This document shows positions 8,951 through 19,200 of a DNA stretch of 64,000 nt, one piece after another. The translations under genes and the position numbers were made by a program. Under the pieces are notes generated by a model, which was given only the letters and a program-made list of their open reading frames with translations, was not told the DNA's origin and did no database searches. This DNA comes from an uncultured delta proteobacterium. GTDB taxonomy: Bacteria > Desulfobacterota > Desulfuromonadia > Desulfuromonadales > BM103. Each line of letters begins with the position of its first letter. Position 1 is the stretch's first letter. The stretch is from the NCBI GenBank assembly GCA_963715335.1, contig CAVQRZ010000001.1, forward strand, positions 192,001 through 256,000, given 5' to 3'.

Positions 8951-10213
8951 CTATGCCATATCGGCAGCGCGCAGGGCCTCCAGCATACCGCCCGGGGAGG
9001 CCGGCACAGCGCAACCCTCCCAGGCAAAATAGTCCCGCAGGATCTCCTCGGATTCACTGCGCTCGAATGCCGAATCACACAACAGGTGAATCAGCCGCAG
9101 AGACCTGAAACCATCAAACCAGACATGGAACGCCTGCTGAAGCTGAGTGCGGAGCGGGTGTGTCTTCTGCATTCCCGGCCAGACAGATCGCCAGTCGAGT
9201 TGATCGAGATAGCTTGCCAGAACAGGCGAGAGCTCTGTCGCGAGGGATAAAACCTGTTCGGCATCGACCGAAAGGTTGTTTTCAACGATTTTCAACCAGT
9301 CGGACAGGATGCGAAAAACGGCTGCCGGATAGAAGAGGACACCCTTCCTGTCGCCAGCGAGAAGCCGGGCCATGCTGCGCCCGGTGCCGAAAGGGACCCG
9401 TTGCGAAACCCGCGGTTCCGGGTAAACGATCGTTCCGGAGAGCAGGTCGACCCCGTCCGTCTTGGCCAGCTTTTGCAGAAAATAAAAGTCCTCGCCGGCC
9501 TTGCGGCTGTTCATCCCCCCGCAGCGGACGTAGGCGGAAGCCCGACAGGCCATGGCACTGCCAACCGCATTGAAGGCGTACGGTGACCCGGCCAGGCGCA
9601 AGCCGTATACATAGCTGCGCAGAAAAAGCTCGTAGCGATCTATCGCGGCCTGCTGGTCAAAGCCGACCCCCGGCTGGTGCCGGTACGGCAGCACCGCAGC
9701 CCCTTTGGATGACAGGAGAAAATGCCGGTCGATAGTCTGCAGGTAGTTATCTTCTACCAGGGTATCGGCATCAAGTGCGACCAGCAGGGGGTCTCCGGAC
9801 CAGTCCAGAGACTGCAAAGCCAAATCCATGCCGAGTTTCCGGGCGAATCCGACTCCCGCCAGAGGGGCAGGCACCTCCAGGCCCGGGCTGGCCGCATCGA
9901 TCCAGGCAAGGTTGAGGGCCGACCTATGCGCATAATCATGCAATCGTGCAAGGTCGATTTCATTCTGCAACCGGCATTGCCTATCTGCCTGTTCGCCATG
10001 GTTACAGACAACCAGGATCTGAAACCGGTTCGTCCATTCAGGAGGATTGTCGGACAGGCTGCGCAGGGTCGCGAAGAGACGATCACCTTCGGCGAGAGAC
10101 GGAATCACTATCGCGCCACGGAAATCAGACCGAGCTTCCCCGGAAAGCCGCCATGGCCCCTTGACGCCGTTTCTGTTCAGGTAACGTTGTGCTGCAACAG
10201 GTGGTCCGGTCAT
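8951..10213 (-). CDS. GT-A fold (glycosyltransferase family 2-like) protein
   Basis: AIVIPSLAE, GVGFARKLGMD, LDADT (DxD), GEDFYFLQK motifs. Confidence 0.7.
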   Translation of the reverse strand: MTGPPVAAQRYLNRNGVKGPWRLSGEARSDFRGAIVIPSLAEGDRLFATLRSLSDNPPEWTNRFQILVVCNHGEQADRQCRLQNEIDLARLHDYAHRSALNLAWIDAASPGLEVPAPLAGVGFARKLGMDLALQSLDWSGDPLLVALDADTLVEDNYLQTIDRHFLLSSKGAAVLPYRHQPGVGFDQQAAIDRYELFLRSYVYGLRLAGSPYAFNAVGSAMACRASAYVRCGGMNSRKAGEDFYFLQKLAKTDGVDLLSGTIVYPEPRVSQRVPFGTGRSMARLLAGDRKGVLFYPAAVFRILSDWLKIVENNLSVDAEQVLSLATELSPVLASYLDQLDWRSVWPGMQKTHPLRTQLQQAFHVWFDGFRSLRLIHLLCDSAFERSESEEILRDYFAWEGCAVPASPGGMLEALRAADMA

Positions 10214-11109
10214 CTCTTCACATCCTGACAGGCGACCAGAAGTTCCTTGACGGGGTCCTTTTCCGCGTCAAGCCAACGGATATCAACCCCCTGTCGCTGC
10301 ATGCGCCGAAACCAGGTCTCCTGGCGTTTGGCAAACTGGTGGATGGCACTGTTGAGTTTCTGGAAAAGATCGTTGCGATTGAACATGCCCTGCAGATACT
10401 GGGCGACAAAGCGATATTCGAGCCCGAAATAATCGAGGGTCTCCCAGGAGACTCCTGCCGCGCGCAAGCCTTCGACCTCTTCGATCATGCCGTGGTCGAG
10501 ACGCTCGCGCAGTCTCTGGGTGATCCTCTGCCGCAAAACGTCTCTCTGCCAGCGCAAGCCGAACACCCGCGGGGACATGTCCGGCAAAACAATCGGCCCC
10601 AACACAGGCTGTTGTTCAGCTTCAGCAATCTCGATTGCCCTGGTCAGCCGTTCACGATCAGTCAGGTCGGTTGTGTTGTGCAGATCAGGACGCAGCCTGC
10701 GCAGGCGTGCTACCAGAGAGGCAACCTCCAACTTTTCCAGCTCATGGCGCAAAGGCTGATTTTCGTCGACTTTGACCAGTTCATAGCCACGCAGGATGGC
10801 ATCGAGATAGAGGCCCGTTCCTCCTGCCAGGACCGGCAGACGGTCGCGGCTGACGACTTTTTCGTATGCACTTTTGAACTCCTGGACAAAGTTGAACAGG
10901 CTGAATTCGCAACCGGGGGCGACAAGATCAATGAGATGATATGGCGTTGCGCCGTATTCCGCCAGATCTTTGCCGCTGCCGATGTCCAGCCCGCGGTAAA
11001 CCTGCCGTGAATCCGCCGAGAGGATTTCACCGTTAAGGTGACGGGCGGCCTGTACGGCCAGATGGGTCTTACCCGAGGCCGTTGGCCCGAGGATAACCAG
11101 AAGGTTCAT
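10210..11109 (-). CDS. miaA: tRNA dimethylallyltransferase
   Basis: GPTASGKT, SADSRQVYRGLDIGSGK, GGTGLY, FAKRQETWFR; start placed at MNLLVIL. Confidence 0.93.
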   Translation of the reverse strand: MNLLVILGPTASGKTHLAVQAARHLNGEILSADSRQVYRGLDIGSGKDLAEYGATPYHLIDLVAPGCEFSLFNFVQEFKSAYEKVVSRDRLPVLAGGTGLYLDAILRGYELVKVDENQPLRHELEKLEVASLVARLRRLRPDLHNTTDLTDRERLTRAIEIAEAEQQPVLGPIVLPDMSPRVFGLRWQRDVLRQRITQRLRERLDHGMIEEVEGLRAAGVSWETLDYFGLEYRFVAQYLQGMFNRNDLFQKLNSAIHQFAKRQETWFRRMQRQGVDIRWLDAEKDPVKELLVACQDVKR

Positions 11110-11276
11110 GACCAGAAAACTTCCTCCGGGGTGATGATAAAAGTCCGACAAGTCGAAGTATCGTTATAACCGGATCGCAGCGTCATGACAACGCGTATTC
11201 CTGGCAAGCTTTCCTCCCGACGGGAAATCTGTTATACAGTGGTGAGCTTATGCTCCCATGACTGATCGAATCAAGA

Positions 11277-12572
11277 ATGCCCCGGAACCAGATGCCTATT
11301 TCCTCACCAGCCCCGAAGGCAGAACCCGATACAGCAAGGGTACTGTCCCGTTCAGAGCACAAAATTTCCCGTCGCCGGATCGACGAGAACACCCTCAAGG
11401 TGCTCTACCGGTTACACCACCACGGCTATAAGGCCTGCCTGGTTGGCGGCAGCGTCCGGGATCTGCTGTTGGACAGGACTCCCAAGGACTTCGACATCGG
11501 CACCGATGCAACGCCGCAACAGGTCAAGCAACTCTTTCGCAACTGTTTTCTGGTCGGACGCAGGTTCCGGCTCGCCCATATCAGGTTCGGTCGTGACCAG
11601 GTCATAGAGGTGGCAACTTTTCGCCGTCATCCCAAACCTGATGAATTCCCGGAGGATCCAGAAGAACACGGGTTTTTCATGCAGAACCAGTTCGGCACCC
11701 CCAGGGAGGACGCCTTCCGCCGCGACTTTACCATCAATGCCCTGTTTTACGACATCGCCGACTTTTCAATCATAGACCATGTCGGCGGGCTCGACGATCT
11801 TGAGAAACGCCAGCTTCGCGTGATCGGTGACCCAAAGATCCGATTCGAGGAAGATCCGGTGCGCATGTTGCGCGCGCTCGAGTTCAGCGCCCGTCTCGAT
11901 TTTTCCCTCGACGACAGCACTCTCGCGGCGATCACCGCGCAAGCCCCGCTGATTGTCGAAGCGGCAACGGCCAGAATCCGCGAGGAGCTTCTGGAACTTT
12001 TCCGTCACGGCGTCGGCGCAGAGGTCTTGCAAAAGGCCCAATCGCTCGAACTGATGCAGCCGATGATGGGTGGCTACGCACCCGGGGGAACGACCTTCAA
12101 ACTCCTGATGGAGCTTAACCGGTATTTTCGGAAGCTCGGCAAGGTCGATGAGGCAATGCTCCTCGCCGCACTTTTTATCGATCATTTCTGGCAGAAATGC
12201 CCTGTCAAAGCATCCCTTCCGATCAACGAGATCGTGCAGTCTGCCGGACATCTGTTGACTCCCTATTGCAGCCATTTCCACCTGGCCCATGGTCTGCGCC
12301 ACCAGGCTCGCGAGTTGCTGGCTGGATGCTACCGCTTTGCCCGCGGACCGGGCCATCGCGGCCAGAAACGCTTCCTGCACAACCCCGGCACCCCCCTCGC
12401 CCTGGAAATGTTTCGCCTCTGGACAGAGGCCAGCAACGGTGACAGGGAGCTGTTGAAAACCTGGCAAAAGGCGCTGCATTCACCTGAAGAAGGAGCCCAC
12501 CAACCGCCCAGTGACGCAACCCGGCGCACCCGCCGGCGACCGCGCCGGCGACGTCATGGCAAACCGGCATAA
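11277..12572 (+). CDS. pcnB: Poly(A) polymerase I
   Basis: VGGSVRD, PKDFD, LVGRRFRLAHIRF (PAP signature), RRDFTINALFY, EDPVRMLRA, Arg-rich C-terminus. Confidence 0.92.
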   Translation: MPRNQMPISSPAPKAEPDTARVLSRSEHKISRRRIDENTLKVLYRLHHHGYKACLVGGSVRDLLLDRTPKDFDIGTDATPQQVKQLFRNCFLVGRRFRLAHIRFGRDQVIEVATFRRHPKPDEFPEDPEEHGFFMQNQFGTPREDAFRRDFTINALFYDIADFSIIDHVGGLDDLEKRQLRVIGDPKIRFEEDPVRMLRALEFSARLDFSLDDSTLAAITAQAPLIVEAATARIREELLELFRHGVGAEVLQKAQSLELMQPMMGGYAPGGTTFKLLMELNRYFRKLGKVDEAMLLAALFIDHFWQKCPVKASLPINEIVQSAGHLLTPYCSHFHLAHGLRHQARELLAGCYRFARGPGHRGQKRFLHNPGTPLALEMFRLWTEASNGDRELLKTWQKALHSPEEGAHQPPSDATRRTRRRPRRRRHGKPA

Positions 12573-12580
12573 CTCCACCC

Positions 12581-14494
12581 CTAGATCTTTTTCAGTAATT
12601 GTTTCAGATAGGCCTGCTCGGATTCATTTAACGGTCGATCTCTGAACACTGCCCCCTGGTATACCTTTGCAAACTCCCGACACCGATCATCATCAAGCCG
12701 CTCGCCGAGTTCGGTCAGCCCGCTGGCAGGGGAAACCGCAGCGTTCCCGTAACGTTTGCGGACCCGGGCCCTGAAGCCTTCCAGCAGACGCGCCTCAGGA
12801 GAGAGCCGCTGCCTTCGTCGCAGCAGCATCCCTGCAATCAGGCAGGGGACCAACCCGACCATCCAGAGAGATCGTTTGATCTCGAATTTTCCTGCCCGGA
12901 TGCCGCGGAACTTCTCGCGGGTTTCATTAAAGGCCTCCATCTGGCGGGCAAAATCAAAGAGCAGAACAGTCTGCACCCAACGGTAGTTGAGACTGTCTAT
13001 CAACTTCTGCAGCGCCCCCAGGCTGGCCGCCCCACGGTTATTCAGAGCACTGGAAGCGTTGATCGCCCACTGGCTCGGGTCGATGCGGACCCAAAGGTTA
13101 TCCTCGGTCAGGACTTCGACCCAGACATGGGCCGTGTCTTCGGTCACCAGGAAATATCCGCCAAGAGGATTGTATTCCCCGCCATAATACCCCCCGATCA
13201 GGCGGGACGGTATTCCTGCCAGCCGGGCAAGAGTGACGTAAGCCGAGGCAAAAAACTCGCAGTAGCCGCGCTTCTTGTCGAACAGGAATTCATCGATCGG
13301 GTCCGGCCCCCCGGGCAGATCATCCTGGGCATAACTGAGCTGCTGATTGCGAAAGAAGTCGGCCAGGGCGTCCCGCCGGCCCCGTTCACTGGTCGCGCCG
13401 TTTATGATCCCCGTCGCGACCTGCCGCACACGTTCGGAAATCTGTGCCGGCAGCGTCAGGTAAAAACCACGATTGACCTCGCCCAGGACCTTGAGATCAG
13501 CACCGGGGTGACTGGTTTGTTCAAGCCGGTAGGGATGGTCAAGCGCTGACTTGGATACAAACACATAATCGTCATCGCTCGAATTTCGCGGACCGGAGAC
13601 CCGGGATGGCCGATCCAGGGTGATCAGGTAACGATCGGACCTCGCTTCCGGATAGATCGTCACTGTGACCACTCGCTCGCTGCCGATAATTTTGGCTTTC
13701 TCTTTCGGCGGTTGGGCGCGAACCCAGGTGCTCCCTTCTGGTTGGTTAAGCACCAGCGCCCGCCAGTAGAGATCGTCAGGAGCTATATTTTCGACCTCCG
13801 CACGGAAGGCAAGGTTCTTGTTTGCCGAGATCCGGGCATAGGCGCCAGGTTGCACACTTTCCGCCAGGCCGACGTTGGCGCTGCCACCCGGGTTGAGGAA
13901 ACTCCAGAGCGGGAGACGGGTGCGCGGCAGAATGAAAAAGAAGATCAGCATGAGGAGCAGGGAGACGACAGGCATTATCAGGCTGACCTTGAGCAGCTTG
14001 TAAAGATCTGCCCGGGGCAAGGCCAGGCGCTTGTCAGTTACGAATACAGTCAGCAGAACCAGGCCGAGGGTGACGCTGAAGATCATCAGCACCAGATAAG
14101 TCAGGAAGCTGAAGCCAAGGCCGAGGTCCAGACTGATCAATGATGACCCGGCAAGGATGAAGAGTGCCAGAACAAAGATCTGCAGGTAATCGCGGGCTTC
14201 TTTTGGTGTCAGCAGGCGAATGACCAGCAGAAGAATCATGGCCTGGGCAACCGGTGTCGCCACGTCGGCCCTGGTGATCTGAATCCCGTAAAACACGATT
14301 CCGGAAACGGCAGCCAGCGTTGCCGTCAAGGTGTTGAGCGGATATCTTTCGTGACGATCGCACCAGATCCCACCGAGGACGCCGATCACAGCAACCCCGA
14401 TCACAAAAGGAGACAGATATGGCAGCACTGGCGCCAGGGCAAGGCTGGCGACGATACTGCCGAGCAGATTCAGCAGTGTTTTAATCCGTACCAT
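12581..14494 (-). CDS. TgpA-like membrane protein (DUF3488 plus transglutaminase domain)
   Basis: N-terminal TM helices, GYCEFFAS catalytic Cys, AHVWVEV, WVRIDP; start placed at MVRIK. Confidence 0.88.
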   Translation of the reverse strand: MVRIKTLLNLLGSIVASLALAPVLPYLSPFVIGVAVIGVLGGIWCDRHERYPLNTLTATLAAVSGIVFYGIQITRADVATPVAQAMILLLVIRLLTPKEARDYLQIFVLALFILAGSSLISLDLGLGFSFLTYLVLMIFSVTLGLVLLTVFVTDKRLALPRADLYKLLKVSLIMPVVSLLLMLIFFFILPRTRLPLWSFLNPGGSANVGLAESVQPGAYARISANKNLAFRAEVENIAPDDLYWRALVLNQPEGSTWVRAQPPKEKAKIIGSERVVTVTIYPEARSDRYLITLDRPSRVSGPRNSSDDDYVFVSKSALDHPYRLEQTSHPGADLKVLGEVNRGFYLTLPAQISERVRQVATGIINGATSERGRRDALADFFRNQQLSYAQDDLPGGPDPIDEFLFDKKRGYCEFFASAYVTLARLAGIPSRLIGGYYGGEYNPLGGYFLVTEDTAHVWVEVLTEDNLWVRIDPSQWAINASSALNNRGAASLGALQKLIDSLNYRWVQTVLLFDFARQMEAFNETREKFRGIRAGKFEIKRSLWMVGLVPCLIAGMLLRRRQRLSPEARLLEGFRARVRKRYGNAAVSPASGLTELGERLDDDRCREFAKVYQGAVFRDRPLNESEQAYLKQLLKKI

Positions 14495-15347
14495 GGAGAG
14501 CCAGCACCTTGAGAAGGATGAGTTTGTGTTGTCGGGTAGCGCCGGGAGGGATCTCAATCGCTCCCGACTTGAGGCCGACCGGCCGGCCGGAACGCAGCAG
14601 GCGGGTGACCAGGTAGGCGCAATGGCTTAATCTCTGCTCGAGACCCGTTCCCGGAATCGCGTCCAGATCGATGGTAACCGGGGTGTGTGAGGCGGAGGAG
14701 AGCTCCTTGACCTTGAGACGATTGTGCCGCGCCGAGAGCTTCCAGTGAATCAGCTTGAGCGGTTCGCCGCCGCGGTAATCGCTGATGTGGCTGACGTCGC
14801 CCTCCTGCCCCTTCATCCAGTGCGCATGGGCCCCGCGCATGCCGCCGGGGTCTGGCCGCTGTACGTCATTGCAGGGCAGGGGTCTGGGGAAGACCGTAAC
14901 CTGCCGATCGATCGGGATGACCAGGCTGCGGATAAAAAAATTGATCGGGAACCGCGACCTGACGGTTGCCGTTTCCAGCTGCTTCTGCCCGCGACCGTTC
15001 AGGACGGCTTCAAGACATTTGCTCTTCGATTGCCCGGGATCAACCAGCGGGAAGAGCACGGCCTGTTCGCCGAGTGCGACCTCCATCAGGAAGACCGGCA
15101 GCCAGCGCCGGTTGTTCTCCAGGTTGATGCTGAACAGGGTGGGCAGGCCGTCGTAGACCTCATCGGGAGGGGTGCAGCTGATCGTAATCTTCGACAGGTT
15201 CCACTTGCCGAGAATTCCCGAAATAGCCATGAATCCGAGCAAGGCGGAGACCAGCAGGTAGATCAGGTTGTTACCGGTATTAACCGCGGCAAAACCGAGC
15301 AACAGGGTGATAACAATATAAAGGACCCCGGCCCGGGTCAGCTTCAG
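14481..15347 (-). CDS. DUF58 domain protein
   Basis: AAVNTGNNLIYL, YRGGEPLKLIHWKLSAR; start uncertain (CTG at 15347 overlapping the moxR stop, or upstream to 15443). Confidence 0.85.
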   Translation of the reverse strand: MKLTRAGVLYIVITLLLGFAAVNTGNNLIYLLVSALLGFMAISGILGKWNLSKITISCTPPDEVYDGLPTLFSINLENNRRWLPVFLMEVALGEQAVLFPLVDPGQSKSKCLEAVLNGRGQKQLETATVRSRFPINFFIRSLVIPIDRQVTVFPRPLPCNDVQRPDPGGMRGAHAHWMKGQEGDVSHISDYRGGEPLKLIHWKLSARHNRLKVKELSSASHTPVTIDLDAIPGTGLEQRLSHCAYLVTRLLRSGRPVGLKSGAIEIPPGATRQHKLILLKVLALHGTD

Positions 15348-16285
15348 GCCAAAGGAACCGGCACTTCGTCGAGCAGCGATTGCAGTAACTCCTTGCGGTC
15401 CAGGGTTTCGTTCTCCGGATACATGATCAGGCGGTGAGCGCAAACCGGCACGAAGAGCGACTTGACATCCTCGGGGAGGACATGGTTCCGGCCAGCCAGA
15501 AAGGCATGGCTGCGCGCTGTTTCTGCCAGGTTGATGCCGCCGCGGGTCGACACTCCCGCGAGCAGCATCGGATGCTCACGGGTTGTCCTGATCAGCAGAT
15601 AGATATATTCCGTGATCTTCTCGGATAACTGGACTGTGCTGCGGATCGCCTCGCGCGCCCGCAACAGTTCGTCGATCGACAACAGAGGTTTTATCTCCCG
15701 GATCCCCTCCCTGATGCTGCCAGTCTGGATAATCTTCTTTTCCATCGCTTCCGGCGGATAACCGATTCCCGTGGTAATCAGAAAGCGGTCGAGCTGTGAT
15801 TCCGGCAACGGGTAGGTGCCGACCTGCTCGACCGGGTTCTGCGTGGCAATCACCATGAACGGGTCGGGCAGCCGGTAGGTTTTCCCTTCAATCGTCACCC
15901 TGTGCTCTTCCATCGCTTCGAGCAGGGCGCTCTGGGTCTTTGGCATCGCCCGGTTGATTTCGTCGGCCAGCACCAGGTTGTTGAAAACCGGTCCTTCCAT
16001 GAAATTGAACTGGTTATTGTTGCGGTCATAAATCGAAAGGCCGGTGATATCCGATGGCAGCAGGTCACTGGTACACTGGATGCGCCCGAAAGAGAGTCCC
16101 AGGGCGTGGGCCAGGGCCAGGGCCAGAGTCGTTTTGCCAAGCCCCGGAATATCCTCGAGGAGCAGGTGCCCCCCCGAAAGCAACGTCATCATGGCCAGCT
16201 TCAGGGCCTTGACTTTGCCCTTGAGATAGCGATCGGCAAGGGTATCGATAACATTCAGAATTGGCTGGCGCGGATCATTCGACAT
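15344..16285 (-). CDS. moxR: MoxR-family AAA+ ATPase
   Basis: EDIPGLGKT, RIQCTSDLLPSDITG, LADEINRA, ATQNP, YPLPESQLDRF. Confidence 0.93.
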   Translation of the reverse strand: MSNDPRQPILNVIDTLADRYLKGKVKALKLAMMTLLSGGHLLLEDIPGLGKTTLALALAHALGLSFGRIQCTSDLLPSDITGLSIYDRNNNQFNFMEGPVFNNLVLADEINRAMPKTQSALLEAMEEHRVTIEGKTYRLPDPFMVIATQNPVEQVGTYPLPESQLDRFLITTGIGYPPEAMEKKIIQTGSIREGIREIKPLLSIDELLRAREAIRSTVQLSEKITEYIYLLIRTTREHPMLLAGVSTRGGINLAETARSHAFLAGRNHVLPEDVKSLFVPVCAHRLIMYPENETLDRKELLQSLLDEVPVPLA

Positions 16286-16312
16286 GGGAGATTCAGCTCC
16301 TTGAGTTTCATT

Positions 16313-19030
16313 TTAACCAGGCATGTATCGCCGGCGAAGATATTTGAAGGCTTCCATGATCACCAGCAGAGAACCGGCCAGTGCCAACAGACTGAGCCAG
16401 GTGTCGAAACTGACCGGCGCAACACCGAGGACTCTCTGCATGAATGGCCATTGCATGGCCAGCACGTGCACGCCCTGGGCAACCAGCACCCCGCCGATCA
16501 ACAGCAGATTGCGCTTCAGCGGAACGCGGAAAGCCGAAACCCGCTCAGACCTGCAATTGAAAACGTGGACGTTTTCCAGCAACACCATCAATAGTAGCAC
16601 AAAGTTACGTGCCTCATGCACCCCCATCTCCTGAGCGAGCAGCCACGCCCAGGTAAAAAAGGCCAGCGTGCCCATGGCCAGACCCGAAACAATGGTTTGT
16701 GTCACCATCAATCGGTTAAACAGACCTTCATCGGTCGGTCGGGGCGGACGCGACATAACCCCCGGCTCTCCGCCTTCAAAGGCAAGGGCGACATCCTGTA
16801 TGCCGTTGGTCACAAGGTTCAGCCAGAGCAGCTGTACCGCCCCGAGGGGCAGCGGCAAACCTGACACCAGGGCCAGGCTGAACAGTACGATTTCAGCGCC
16901 GCCGGTCGATATCAGCAGATAGACAACCTTGCGGATGTTGTCATAGGCGAACCGGCCTTCTTCGATACCGGCCACCAGGGAGGCAAAATTGTCATCGGCG
17001 ACGATAATCGATGCCGTCTCCTTGGCCACATCGGTGCCGGTCCCCATGGCGACGCCGATGTGAGCTTTGCGTAGTGCCGGGGCATCATTCACACCATCAC
17101 CGGTGACCGCGGTGAAATGCCCCTGACGATTCAGGGCCTCGACGATCGTCAGTTTCTGCAGCGGTGTGACCCGGGCGAAGACGCTGATCCGGTTAAAATC
17201 GTCCTGCCATCCTGGACTATCCAGATCGATCGATTCGAGCTGTTTGCCGGTCAGCATATCCGCTTCACTCGCGGCCAGTTCAAGCTCCCGGGCGATACCG
17301 AGAGCTGTGGCCGGATGATCGCCAGTCACCATGACCACGCGAACTCCGGCCCGGCGACATGTGTCAATCGCGTCCCGAACATCGTGGCGCAGCGGATCAA
17401 TAAAAGCAACCAGGCCAAGCAGGGTCAGGGGCGGCAGATGCTCGGGCACTGACAGTGGCTGGTCCGCCACGCTCGCCAGGGGACCTTTGGCAATCGCCAG
17501 GACCCGGTAGCCTTCACATCCCAGGCGCAGGGTCTCTGCTTCGACCTCCAGGGGATCGATCGGCACCGGCCCATCAGCTCCGGCCACCGTATCGCAAAAA
17601 TCGACAACCTGTTCGACCGCTCCCTTGACGATGCAGGAGGCGTCTTCGCCATGGACGAAACGCGCAGCGTAGCGTTGCTCAGATTCGAAGGGAATCTCCC
17701 CCAGCACGACGTGACGATCGGTTTCCGCTTCGGGATCAAGGCCGAGCTTGTGGGCCAGGGCCAGCAAGGCCACGTCCACGGCATCGCCCTGATGCAGCCA
17801 CTCGCCGAAAACAAAGCGCAATGAGGCCTCATTGCACAGGATTCCGGCCAGTGCCAGTTCGCGCAGGCGGTCCAACTCCAGGGGCTCCGGCATAGAGCCA
17901 TCAGCACGGGTAATCTCCCCCGCCCCGGCATAGCCCTCACCGCTGACCCGGTAGGAGCCCACTTCAGGCAGCCAGACCTGGCGGACAGTCTGACGGTTCA
18001 CCGTCAAGGTGCCGGTTTTGTCACTGGCGATACAGGTACAGCTCCCCAGCCCTTCAACAGCCGTCAGCTTGCGGACAATGACGTTGCGGCGAGCCATCCT
18101 GGTGGTCGCAATCGACAGGGCGACGGTCATCGCCACCGGCAACCCCTCCGGGATTGCCGAGACCGCCAGGGCGACGGCCATCAGGAAGACTTCATCGAAT
18201 GGCGTGCCCTGCCAGAAAGCAGCAATGGCGAGCAAAACCACGAAGCTGACCACGAGGTAACTGACCTGGCGGGCGAACTGCTCCATGCGAATCACCAGCG
18301 GCGGTTTGGCCACTGCCGTGGTGGCAACCGCGGTCGCTATCGAACCGATCTCGGTCCATTGTGCCGTCGCAACCACGACGCCGAGCCCCCGCCCCCGGGT
18401 AACGCTGGTGCCGGCAAAGGCAAGATTGCCACGCTCACTCACAGGCGTTGCCGCGGGACAAACTCCAGACTGCTTGACGACCGCTTGGGATTCTCCCGTC
18501 AGCAGAGATTCATCAACGGACAGGCTGTGGATATCCAGCAGACGCACGTCAGCCGGGATCCGGTCCCCCGACTCCAGGACAACGATATCTCCCGGAACCA
18601 GGTTCTCCGCATGAAGGTCCTGGACATGGTTGTCACGCCTGACTCGACAGGAGATTTTCAGAAGTTGCTGAAGTGCCGCTGCGCTACGCTCAGCTTTCCA
18701 TTCCTGGAAAGTCCCCAGCATGGAGTTCAACAGGATCACGGCAAAGATAAATCCGGCATCCGTCCATTCACCGATGGCCATAGAGACCAGGCCGGCGGCA
18801 ATCAGGATGTAAATCAACGGGCTGAGAAACTGGTGAACAAAGATGGTGGCAAGACCGGGCGGCGGCTTGCCCGGCAGCAGGTTGGGCCCGTATCGATCAA
18901 GTCGGACGACCGCCTCGCTGTTGGTCAGACCCTGCCGGCAACTTCGCGTCCTGGCAAGAACCTCGGCATCTTTCAAAGCATGCCAGGAAACGTTCGAGGA
19001 GGTGGCCTTGGCCACGTTCCTGGTCATCAT
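16313..19030 (-). CDS. Cation-transporting P-type ATPase (type IIA, Ca2+-like)
   Basis: LTGES, IPEGLP, SDKTGTLT, TGDH, TGDGVNDAPAL, QLLWLNLVTNG. Confidence 0.93.
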   Translation of the reverse strand: MMTRNVAKATSSNVSWHALKDAEVLARTRSCRQGLTNSEAVVRLDRYGPNLLPGKPPPGLATIFVHQFLSPLIYILIAAGLVSMAIGEWTDAGFIFAVILLNSMLGTFQEWKAERSAAALQQLLKISCRVRRDNHVQDLHAENLVPGDIVVLESGDRIPADVRLLDIHSLSVDESLLTGESQAVVKQSGVCPAATPVSERGNLAFAGTSVTRGRGLGVVVATAQWTEIGSIATAVATTAVAKPPLVIRMEQFARQVSYLVVSFVVLLAIAAFWQGTPFDEVFLMAVALAVSAIPEGLPVAMTVALSIATTRMARRNVIVRKLTAVEGLGSCTCIASDKTGTLTVNRQTVRQVWLPEVGSYRVSGEGYAGAGEITRADGSMPEPLELDRLRELALAGILCNEASLRFVFGEWLHQGDAVDVALLALAHKLGLDPEAETDRHVVLGEIPFESEQRYAARFVHGEDASCIVKGAVEQVVDFCDTVAGADGPVPIDPLEVEAETLRLGCEGYRVLAIAKGPLASVADQPLSVPEHLPPLTLLGLVAFIDPLRHDVRDAIDTCRRAGVRVVMVTGDHPATALGIARELELAASEADMLTGKQLESIDLDSPGWQDDFNRISVFARVTPLQKLTIVEALNRQGHFTAVTGDGVNDAPALRKAHIGVAMGTGTDVAKETASIIVADDNFASLVAGIEEGRFAYDNIRKVVYLLISTGGAEIVLFSLALVSGLPLPLGAVQLLWLNLVTNGIQDVALAFEGGEPGVMSRPPRPTDEGLFNRLMVTQTIVSGLAMGTLAFFTWAWLLAQEMGVHEARNFVLLLMVLLENVHVFNCRSERVSAFRVPLKRNLLLIGGVLVAQGVHVLAMQWPFMQRVLGVAPVSFDTWLSLLALAGSLLVIMEAFKYLRRRYMPG

Positions 19031-19200
19031 CTCCTCCCGGCGACCACAAAAACCCGATACGATCATTCGATCACTGAAACCCTTGCATCAAAATTATATC
19101 AGGTTGTACGGGACTTACTTGCAGGCAGAGCTTCAGCATAGTTGACGCACTTGTGGCGCTATGGTTAAATCCTATCGTTGAAAAAGGAGTTTTACACGTC

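Noticed and set aside
12581..16285. moxR-DUF58-transglutaminase as a novel system
   Set aside because: Widespread, well-known three-gene arrangement with nothing unusual here
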